Origin: Thraustochytrium aureum
Taxonomy: Eukaryota
Direction of reading: 5' to 3'
Length of the DNA: 52,479 nt
Assembly: GCA_012862495.1 (NCBI GenBank)
Contig: BLSG01000321.1
Coordinates: 1 to 52,479 of the forward strand
Below the pieces are notes generated by a model. The model made no database searches, was not told the origin of the DNA, and was given only the letters and a program-made list of their open reading frames with translations. Shown here one piece after another: positions 1 through 8,349 of this stretch; within the stretch, counting starts at the first letter, position 1, and each line of letters starts with the position of its first letter. The translations under genes were made by a program, and so were the position numbers.

Positions 1-767
1 CACGGCGGGGAGATGTACTTTCACCTCGACCAGCAGGGCAAGTTTAGCGCCAAGCTGTCGCGCTTTTACGCCGCCGAGTGTGCCATCGCGCTCGACCACC
101 TCCACCGACACGGGATCATCTACCGCGACCTCAAGCCAGAAAACATCATGATTGCGAGGGACGGCCACATCAAGCTCGTCGACTTTGGGCTTGCCAAGAT
201 CGGCGTCTCCACGCCTTGAAAGGGGCCCGGTCCTTCGTCGGGACGATGGAGTACCTCTCGCCGGAAATGGTCGCCAAGCGGCCGCACGGCTTCGCTGTGG
301 ACTACTGGGCGCTTGGCATGGTTCTCTACGAGATGCTCACGGGGCTGCCGCCGTGGTACTCTGAGAACCGCAAAGCGGTCCTCTACCACATCCAAAACTC
401 GGAGCTCGCCTTCCCGAGCGGCGAAGTCGCCATGTCAGCCAGGAACCTGCTCCGAGGGCTCCTTACCAAGGACCCGCGCGACCGCTTGGGCACGCTTCGT
501 GGGCTGAAAGAGGTGGAGGGGCATGCCTTTTTTGCTTCCTTGGATTTTGACAAACTCCGAGCAAAGAGGATCCGACCGCCCTTCGTGCCGAGCATCACCA
601 GCGCTGTCGACACGTCGTTCTTCGACACGTCATTCACCAAGCTCGATCCCCGTGTCGAGCGTTCCTCAAAAGACCCGGCCGGCGACGCCGTTCTCCTCCG
701 GGTTGCCGAGCGCGACGGCGTGTTTGCGGGGTTTCGCGGCGCGGCTCAGCCCCCAGCAGCCCTCTGA
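1..767 (+). CDS. AGC-family Ser/Thr protein kinase (S6K/SGK/Akt-like), 3' part; one frameshift near 215
   Basis: Frame +1 gives GGEMYFHL...[10 protein letters not shown]...DFGLAK. Frame +3 continues [14 protein letters not shown]...VDYWALG...PPFVP...DTSFFD (AGC C-terminal tail). Adding one C at acgccttg (211-218) joins the frames as TPLKGARSF. The gene starts left of the window. Confidence 0.9.
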
Positions 768-1217
768 CCCGCCCTTGTAGGGCGGGCTCGGCGGGCAGTT
801 GACGCCGGAGCAGACCGGGTCGCAGCTTTAAAAAACAAGCAACAACGAAACGCGCGCCGCGACAGTAGTAGTAGCACATGCCTCCCACGCGCGCGCGGGT
901 GGGGGGGGCGGCGCGGCGTGAAAGAAAGAAACTCGAGCAACGCAACCAATTGACGCACTCACTCAGTTGAAATCATCAAAGCTTGGGGAATAGGAACCCA
1001 ACGAAAATGAATCAGCAAGTCAACACCGCACTTGCGAAGCCAGCAACCCACTTCCGCGTCGTTGACGGCCTTCAGGGGCGCTGGAGCGAGTGCGGGAGCC
1101 TCTGCATGCGCGAGGGTAGGAAACAGCAACATTCTCGGCGCCCGCAGCGGGTCACCCATCGTTCTTTCTTCCTGTAGAATAAGTAGCAGCTGCCCTAGCC
1201 CGGGTTCGGGGACGGCC

Positions 1218-4057
1218 CTAAGGGCGGCCGGACCCGCCGCTGTTCTTCGCAAACTTGCGCGACTTGTCGGGCTTGGCGGCAAACATCTGCGCCTTGCGCT
1301 TGACCGAGCTAAGCATTGTCTCAATATCCTCCCCGTCGCTGCTCGGACCACCGGAAGCGCCTNNNNNNNNNNNNNNNNNNNNNNNNNNNNNNNNNNNNNN
1401 NNNNNNNNNNNNNNNNNNNNNNNNNNNNNNNNNNNNNNNNNNNNNNNNNNNNNNNNNNNNNNNNNNNNNNNNNNNNNNNNNNNNNNNNNNNNNNNNNNNN
1501 NNNNNNNNNNNNNNNNNNNNNNNNNNNNNNNNNNNNNNNNNNNNNNNNNNNNNNNNNNNNNNNNNNNNNNNNNNNNNNNNNNNNNNNNNNNNNNNNNNNN
1601 NNNNNNNNNNNNNNNNNNNNNNNNNNNNNNNNNNNNNNNNNNNNNNNNNNNNNNNNNNNNNNNNCCCCGTGTCGTCTTGTACTGCGCGCTTGTGCGATCC
1701 ACACTGTAGTCAGGGTCTTCGTACAGAGGCGCAAAGCGCTGGTCGGTGGTGTCCACCTTGAAGGTGTCGGATTTGGCGAGCTCGAGTGCGTCGCGGATCT
1801 TCTGCTTCTTCTTGGCTCGGCCTTTGACCTTGCCGCCCTTCTCAAGGAGGATCTTCTCGCCTGCGACCAGAGTCTTGAAGTCAAAGCCCTCGAGCCCACC
1901 GCCTTTCTTGCGGTTCTTCTCGTCCAAGAGCAGCAACTCGAGCTCGGCGGCCTCCTTTTCGCGCCGCGCCTCAGCTGCCACCTTCGGGTCAACCTTTGCG
2001 CCGTCGCCTTGCTCGTCCCCGTGCGACCCAGACCCGTTCTGCCGCCGAGCGCGCTCCTTGCGCTTCTGATCTTTGCGCGACTCGCCCTCCGGGTTGGTGA
2101 AAAACGGGTCGTTGAACGGGTCGGCTCCCTTCTTGCCCTTCTTGTCGGCCCCAGCTTCGCTCCTCGGCGCCTCCTCCTCTGCTGCCGCCACCTCGTCCCT
2201 CGCGCGGCGCTTCGACTTTTTGGGCTTTGCAGCATCCTCGGCAGTCTGGCCACTTGCTCTGTTCTGCAGGCGCTCTTCTAGCTCGGGGTCGTATGTCATC
2301 TGAAACACAGCGTCCTCGTCGTCCTCTCCCGCCTCGGAGGCCTCGCCTCGGAGGCCGCCCGCAGCGCCGCCTTCCCCAAGCAGCGCGGCTCGCAGGGTCT
2401 TGCGGTACTCTGCTGACTTGCGCTTCCTCCTCTCCTCGTCCTCCGATTCCGAGTCGGACTCGGACTCGACATCCGAGGCGATGAAGGCCTCCAGGTCGCG
2501 CTCGCCAATCATGCGCTTACCCTTGACTTGGTCGCCGTTCTTCCACTGGTTCAGCTTTTGCCGGTTGTGGTCGTCCTCGTCCCAGGTGAGATCCACCTTG
2601 GTGCTCTGCAGCGCCTGGGTGACAAATTCTGGCGCCTCGTAGTCCTCGGAGAACCCGGTTGCCTCGTCGCGGAGGGGGCGATCAAGTTCTACGTCATCCG
2701 GTACGAACCGGAGGTCAAACACATTTGACGAGCGTTCAAACTCGACGCCGTCGCACTCGTCGTACACCTTTGAGGCGGCCGTCACGGAGTCGAACTCTGC
2801 AATTGCAAAGTAGTACTTGAGTTTGTCCAGTTCGTAGCGGCGCAGCGCTTCGTCATTGTAGCCGTCTCCCTCGCCGGCCTCCTGGTTGAAAACGATCTCC
2901 TCATCCGAAGACTCGTCTTCCTCCTCGTCGTCTGCTGCGGCGTCACTGCGTCCCTTGCTGCTCATCTCCTCTGGGCGACCTATGCGCGGCCCGAAGCGCT
3001 CTTCTTCTTGCATGCGCTGTTCGCCAAAGATAGACTGGTACACCTTGACGCTCTTGAGCGCGCCGCCCGTCACGAACGAGTTCATCACAGCGAAGATGTC
3101 GTTCGCAGTCAGGCGGGCCCAGTCCAGGTTCTGGACCGCGATGCGCCGAGTTGCTTCTCCAAGAGGCACTTGGTACTCCTCCTCCTCCTCTTCCTCCTCT
3201 GCGTCTTCGGCAATTTCGGCGTTTGGCTTGGCGGCCGCCGCGCCCGCTTTCTTCGTTTTGGGCGCCTTCGTCGATTTCGGGGCGGGCTTTCGCGTTTCCG
3301 CCTCTGACTCGGAGCTCTCCGACTCGGCATCAGACTCGTCGGACGAGTCGCGCATTTTGATCTCGCCGCGGGCCAACTTGTTTAGGTACTCGAGGCGGTC
3401 CTCCTTGGAGTCGCCTTTGCCGGCTGGTTTCGTCGCTTTTGCCTCGGTGACTTTTCCTTTCGCAGAGGCTCCCCGGGGGGCTTTATCGTTGTCCTCGTCG
3501 CTCTGGTCCTCGTCCCCGCTCTGCACATCGTAGAGCCGCTTTAGGTCGTGGCCCTGAGCGCGCTCCTTCTTGGACAGCTTGCGCCCGTACTTGTCGACCT
3601 TGACTTTCGACTCGGTGAAGGCCTCGTCAGTAAACATGCTCTGGAACCTCTTGTCCACCTTGACCTTGGTCTTATCCTNNNNNNNNNNNNNNNNNNNNNN
3701 NNNNNNNNNNNNNNNNNNNNNNNNNNNNNNNNNNNNNNNNNNNNNNNNNNNNNNNNNNNNNNNNNNNNNNNNNNNNNNNNNNNNNNNNNNNNNNNNNNNN
3801 NNNNNNNNNNNNNNNNNNNNNNNNNNNNNNNNNNNNNNNNNNNNNNNNNNNNNNNNNNNNNNNNNNNNNNNNNNNNNNNNNNNNNNNNNNNNNNNNNNNN
3901 NNNNNNNNNNNNNNNNNNNNNNNNNGCTTGCGCGCAAACTTGGGGTCGAACGCCACATCCTTGAACCGCGCGTCTCGCATATCGCCTCCGAGTCGCCCGC
4001 CTCAAGCGGCCGCTTGCCGGGCTTGCTCGAGCCGCGAGGGGGCCCGTCGCGCGCCAT
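1218..4057 (-). CDS. ESF1: Pre-rRNA processing protein ESF1 homolog (spans two N-gaps; probable 1-nt indel near 3985)
   Basis: N-terminal DARF..DPKF motif (3926-3980); KVDKRF, KVDKYGR, TRRIAVQNLDW, LRRYELDKLKYYFAIAEFDS, DLRFVPDD, VDLTWDE; NUC153-like VDTTDQRFAPLYEDPDYSVD; C-terminal MLSSVKRKAQ ending at a TAG at 1218-1220. Confidence 0.92.
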
Positions 4058-4071
4058 CGCCGCGCCCTCTC

Positions 4072-4147
4072 CCAGCAGGCCGTGCGTGAGCAAGAGGGAC
4101 TCGAGCGCGCCAGCAGGCCGTGCGCGAGCAAGAGAGACTACCGCGCG
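4072..4147. repeat. Two imperfect tandem copies of a 38-bp unit just upstream of the ESF1 start
   Basis: ccagcaggccgtgcgtgagcaagagggactcgagcgcg followed by ccagcaggccgtgcgcgagcaagagagactaccgcgcg. Confidence 0.8.
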
Positions 4148-4346
4148 TCAGCTGCTGCTCCACGCTGCAGTGCAGTCTGGCGCCGCGGTCTGCGCGCTCT
4201 GCGAGTCCGAGCTCCAATTCGCACAACTCGCAACCAACCAACCAACCAACTCGAACGAACACAGCGAACAAAAGGAAATGGCCAGTGAGCTGCAGAACCA
4301 AATTCGCTTTGTTCGTGGCACGTGAAGCAGACTGTGACAGCTTAGC

Positions 4347-4385
4347 ACGAGCAGTGATAGAAGAAGAACGAGCAGTGATAGAAGA
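4347..4385. repeat. 18-bp direct repeat (acgagcagtgatagaaga x2, period 21) next to the transposase stop codon
   Basis: Exact copies at 4347-4364 and 4368-4385. Confidence 0.85.
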
Positions 4386-4396
4386 CAAAGATCGCG

Positions 4397-7300
4397 CTAA
4401 GGCTTGCTTTTCGATGTTATCGGGCGGCTTTTCACGGTTTTGTTTGTGTGCCACTGGTCCCAACAGGACACTTGCTGATTGGTCGAGAAGCGCAAATTCT
4501 TGTGCAGAACAACGTTGCAAAACCCGCAAGCGAGGCTTGCTTTCTCACCACACACGACGCATAGTCGACCAATCGACACCTTTTGCAGCACGTGCGGGTT
4601 GCTGGAAAGTCGCAGCCGCTTCACAGGCTCGGTGTTGGCAATCGCAATCACGTTTCGCTTGCCGTTTCGGATTCGCAGCTCATTGTGCTCCTCATTGGAA
4701 AGCGCTGGCAATTTCACGTTGAGGTTGAGGGTGACATCGTCAACGTTCTGTCGGTCGTCAGCATCTTGCACAGCCTTTCCTCGTGCAGATCCCTTTAGCT
4801 GCGAAGCTCTGTACAGGAGTTGAAAGCTCGCGTTCTGGACAAAGTCACTCAGGCTAGTGTTGCGGTTGCAACGATCTCGAAACCTCTTCAAAGTTGTCCA
4901 AGGCCGACCCTTCTGGGACTCTTTGTAAATCCGCCAGAGAACACAGCTGGCAATCATGCCATCCACCAGTTTATTCAACGTGACTTTCGTTTCCCAGTCC
5001 GTGTTTAAGGCCCGAGTCTGAAGCCGCTGGGCGTAGTCATCGATGCCGTCGACGCCCTGTTTCCCGGCGCTGTAATAGTACTGCGCCATGGAACGCAGCA
5101 CGCGCAATGGCATGAGAACCCCGAGTCGTAGGCGGCGATTGTGCAGGCCCTTCCACAGAGGGAAGCGGGACAAAATGACCTCAGCCTGATCGGGGGAAAA
5201 CGCGTTGGGGATGTTGGGCCTTCCTACCGATGTCAGCGCGCTCCATGCCCACTGAATGAGCGTCTCCCCGACGGGCGCAAGGGCCGAAACCCATGCCTCG
5301 ATCACGGCGGCTGGAAACTTGATAACGACGATGTAGTAGATGGACACTCTGTCCGCGACGCAATAAAGCCCGTGGTCGCTTCTGAAAACACAAGCTTGCT
5401 GAAGGAGCTGGCCACGATGCTCACGTGGAACGAGCGCAAACCACTTCGCATCCCCGGCGGTGCATGTCACGAATCGCTTGTTGTTGCGACCAAGACGCGT
5501 CGGGCGGTCCTTCATCCTCTTCGAGACCTTCGTCTCGATCTCAAGCGGTGCGAGAATCTGCTCCCCGGATGGCAAGTCTAGAGCTACGATATTGTCGGCG
5601 CTAACGCCGAGGTGGGTGTGTGTTTTCGACTGGACGAGGCCGATCTCGAAAACAGCCTTGACTGCCTCCATTTTTCGCAGCTGGGCTACAACAGCCCCTT
5701 CGCTGCGCGACCCAGTAATCATAGCTCGGTTTGCAACGCTTCCGAGCGATTTCTTCACGTGGAACCAGCTAAAGAAGAGCTTCGTGGCTTGTTGCTCGAG
5801 AGTCAGCGGCATCGCATCCCCACGCGAAGGGTCCTCGTACAGAACTTTCCTAACTTCTGGGTCTCGGGCAGCAATCTCCTGTGCTGTTGTACCAGTGATC
5901 ATGAATTGCCGGAACATGAACCAATCAGCGCAACGCTGTCCAGCAGTCAGAGGTTCAACAACTTTTCGTAGCTCATCCTCAACTGCCTCACGGGTTAACG
6001 GCTCAGGATACCCATGTGCAAGCACGCTCTGTGCAATTTGGCTCGAAGCGCTAGACTCTTGTGATCGGCATGGGGCGCTGAGAACATCTGCTGAGTCGGA
6101 AACCTCAGCCTGATGGACTGGGGCGTCGGAGCCTTCATTTCTCTCATCGTTGCGGAGGGCTGCCTCCACGTCGTCGCCAAAAACGACTCCACCTCTCCTT
6201 GGATCGTCGTAGTCATCTTCGTCGTCATCTTCGTCGACGTCAAAGCCGTCGCAGCTGCTGCAATCGTCGTTGTCCACATCGCTTGACGCAGACTCCGCCT
6301 GACCCAGAGGATAAAACAGCCAACGACTGGCAATAGAGGCTTTGACGCGAGGGAACTCCTCTGCGACGTAGTGCGTTTGGAACCTTTCCATGAGTTCTGG
6401 ATCGAGCATTGCCACGAAGCGATGGACTCTTGTGCAGTCTGCATTTCCGAACTCCCGAACTGCGTACGCAAAAGCGGTTACCTGGCGTCCCGCCTTCCTC
6501 GTTAGACTCCTCTTCGCGCTAAAGATTTGCGAGCCAAGTCGTGGGCCGTCCTCGACAACAAATTTCCGGGAAACCAATGTCCGTGGTGCCGCGTCCTTGG
6601 ACTTGCTGGCCTTGTCGGCCTTGTCGACTGCTGACCTTGAAGCGAACGGGTTGCCCTGCTGGCGCTCAAAGTCATTCACGACGATGAGATCAAAGCCCAT
6701 CTCAGCACAAAGACAATAAAGGTCGGGGCTTGGGTAGCCTCGATCAAGGCAAATCTCAATGCCTGAGCATTCTCCTGAAACAGCGCGCTTGAGCTCCCCC
6801 AGAATTTGCTCGAGCGACCTGATTTGCGTGTAGTTGCCCGAGTACATGACACTAAAGAGGGGGATTCGGAACGCTGCATCAGCGCTTGCGTCAGAGCCTG
6901 CGCCGTTCTTGTGCCGATTTCGAGGTCTGTATGTATTGTTCGGGTTTGATGCAGAGACGGTCCCACAGTTCCGGTCATCGATGGTGACCCTCGCATTTTT
7001 ATCCACGCAGATCTTGAGAGGCACTGCCGCTAAGTGTTGATCCAGGGTCCCAAACCGAGACGCGTTGTCGGCGATGTCGTCATGAGACTCTGCTGTCGCG
7101 CCTGCATGTGGCTCCATGCCAGAGAGGGCGCGTTGAATTTCGTTGAATCGCTCAACGCACAGCAAGGTGTCATCCACACTGCTCTTGAACTTGACCCGCG
7201 CCAGAGCTTCGAAGAACTCCATGCTGTACTTTTTCGAAGTCGAATTGTTGAGAATGGAGAGCAGGTACGCAAAGAAAGCGATGAACTCTGACTCTGAGAC

Positions 7301-8023
7301 GGTTCGTACGTCAGGGTATGTAAGCCGAATGCGCTGGTTTGTCCACTTCCGCAAAACGTTGAGAACATCTCCGAGAACGAGCTTCACCATGTCGATCTCG
7401 CGAGGATTATCGGTGTCAAAGCCTTCCCGAAAGAGTTGACTTTTGATTGCAGCGCACATGCGGTTTACGTGTCGCTCGCCTTGATCATCAATTCGCGAGA
7501 GTGCAGCCGCCTCTGACCTGGAAACCACCACGAAGCAGTCAGGATCCTTTAGTCTAGTCCATGCCTGATGAAAAGGCTTGTCTTGTGTTGATCGGCCACT
7601 TGGGCGAGGCCTCGACGCAGTTGGCTGAGCTGATGAGGCGCCCATCTCTGAACTAATCCGACTCTGGTCTGGACTAGAACGGTTCGCAGATTGTTGAGTT
7701 GATTTCTTGCTGCGCATCCCACGCAAATGGCAATGCTTGCTCCTTGCATCGCGATGACCCACTATCCCACATGCTGAGCAAGTAGGTTGCTCGACTTGGA
7801 CATCACCGGTACCAACAACTCTGCTAGGTTCCCGCTGCTCCGTTCTCCCAGCTATTTCTCCATGGGCGCCATCTTGGATCTGTGCAACAGGCACGGCATC
7901 TGGCGTTGGATCATTCCGCGGGGATCCAGAGCAAACTGTAACACCGTCAAGTCTGGGGCCTGTTTCTGTGCCTTCTCCAGCCCCTAGGAGCGCCGGCTGC
8001 TCGCTCGCCGAGTCGCCGTCCAT
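4397..8023 (-). CDS. piggyBac-like DDD transposase with N-terminal Zn knuckle, internal YqaJ/lambda-exonuclease-like domain and C-terminal Cys-rich domain (~1208 aa from the first ATG)
   Basis: piggyBac motifs: KWTN...EFIAFF, ERFNEI, D1 TIDD (6977-6979), D2 LDRGY (6743-6745), D3 KQGVDGIDD (5048-5050), and CRD CVVC..CGFCNVVLH..CWDQWH. YqaJ motifs: QRCADWF..RQFMITGT, AMITGSRSE, GLVQSKTHTHLGVSADNIV, LEIETK, QLLQQ (~5320-5950). Zn knuckle CSACGIVGHRDARSKHC (~7730-7780). The ORF-track start at 8260 is non-ATG; the first ATG is at 8023. Confidence 0.88.
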   Translation of the reverse strand: MDGDSASEQPALLGAGEGTETGPRLDGVTVCSGSPRNDPTPDAVPVAQIQDGAHGEIAGRTEQREPSRVVGTGDVQVEQPTCSACGIVGHRDARSKHCHLRGMRSKKSTQQSANRSSPDQSRISSEMGASSAQPTASRPRPSGRSTQDKPFHQAWTRLKDPDCFVVVSRSEAAALSRIDDQGERHVNRMCAAIKSQLFREGFDTDNPREIDMVKLVLGDVLNVLRKWTNQRIRLTYPDVRTVSESEFIAFFAYLLSILNNSTSKKYSMEFFEALARVKFKSSVDDTLLCVERFNEIQRALSGMEPHAGATAESHDDIADNASRFGTLDQHLAAVPLKICVDKNARVTIDDRNCGTVSASNPNNTYRPRNRHKNGAGSDASADAAFRIPLFSVMYSGNYTQIRSLEQILGELKRAVSGECSGIEICLDRGYPSPDLYCLCAEMGFDLIVVNDFERQQGNPFASRSAVDKADKASKSKDAAPRTLVSRKFVVEDGPRLGSQIFSAKRSLTRKAGRQVTAFAYAVREFGNADCTRVHRFVAMLDPELMERFQTHYVAEEFPRVKASIASRWLFYPLGQAESASSDVDNDDCSSCDGFDVDEDDDEDDYDDPRRGGVVFGDDVEAALRNDERNEGSDAPVHQAEVSDSADVLSAPCRSQESSASSQIAQSVLAHGYPEPLTREAVEDELRKVVEPLTAGQRCADWFMFRQFMITGTTAQEIAARDPEVRKVLYEDPSRGDAMPLTLEQQATKLFFSWFHVKKSLGSVANRAMITGSRSEGAVVAQLRKMEAVKAVFEIGLVQSKTHTHLGVSADNIVALDLPSGEQILAPLEIETKVSKRMKDRPTRLGRNNKRFVTCTAGDAKWFALVPREHRGQLLQQACVFRSDHGLYCVADRVSIYYIVVIKFPAAVIEAWVSALAPVGETLIQWAWSALTSVGRPNIPNAFSPDQAEVILSRFPLWKGLHNRRLRLGVLMPLRVLRSMAQYYYSAGKQGVDGIDDYAQRLQTRALNTDWETKVTLNKLVDGMIASCVLWRIYKESQKGRPWTTLKRFRDRCNRNTSLSDFVQNASFQLLYRASQLKGSARGKAVQDADDRQNVDDVTLNLNVKLPALSNEEHNELRIRNGKRNVIAIANTEPVKRLRLSSNPHVLQKVSIGRLCVVCGEKASLACGFCNVVLHKNLRFSTNQQVSCWDQWHTNKTVKSRPITSKSKP

Positions 8024-8201
8024 CACAAGGCGGTGAGATTGACTGGCCACGAGAACGTTCTGTCTCTCCCCGTGCTCACTGTCGCAGGCCGCACCAGGTT
8101 GCACTGGAGCTCGTTGGGTATCTATCTGGCTCGCATCTGTGCGCCTGCTCTTCGCTGCAGCGCCGTTTGGTAGCGCTCCAGGAGAGATCAATGGCTGCCA
8201 C

Positions 8202-8227
8202 GGATTTAGAGCACGTGCTCTAAATCC
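8202..8227. repeat. Perfect 26-bp palindrome
   Basis: ggatttagagcac|gtgctctaaatcc equals its own reverse complement. Confidence 0.95.
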
Positions 8228-8295
8228 AACTTTTGAAGGACTTAAGGGTCGGTCATACAAAGTACCGTTGAAATAAGTCCTTCAAAATTAGGATT
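8223..8295. repeat. Inverted repeat (14-bp perfect core, 22 bp with 2 mismatches, 29-bp spacer)
   Basis: ttttgaaggactta (8231-8244) pairs with taagtccttcaaaa (8274-8287). It extends to aatccaac... / ...ttaggatt. Confidence 0.9.
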
Positions 8296-8349
8296 AGTGC
8301 TCGCCTACCTTAACGAGCCTCAGCTCAGCCGTTTTGGATCTTTGCGCAA

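Noticed and set aside
205..225. Programmed frameshifting or mass pseudogenisation as the cause of frameshifts in the kinase, ESF1, TPR-oxygenase, receptor, G6PD, PGPG protein and SulP genes
   Set aside because: Those I could reconstruct are single-base gains or losses at short base runs, with no shared slippery or stop-codon signal. They hit conserved genes such as ESF1 in a gap-rich draft, so sequencing or assembly error is the simplest explanation. Read mapping would settle it.
959..1217. ESF1 C-terminus as given by the ORF track (to 959)
   Set aside because: The frame across the N-gap is arbitrary. The ESF1-like tail (LSSVKRK) is in another frame and stops at 1218.
4347..4385. CRISPR-like array
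   Set aside because: Only two 18-bp copies with a 3-bp spacer, no cas genes, and a eukaryotic context.
8024..8260. N-terminal 79 aa of the 1287-aa ORF-track prediction
   Set aside because: It starts at a non-ATG codon and runs through the palindrome and inverted repeat. The first ATG is at 8023.
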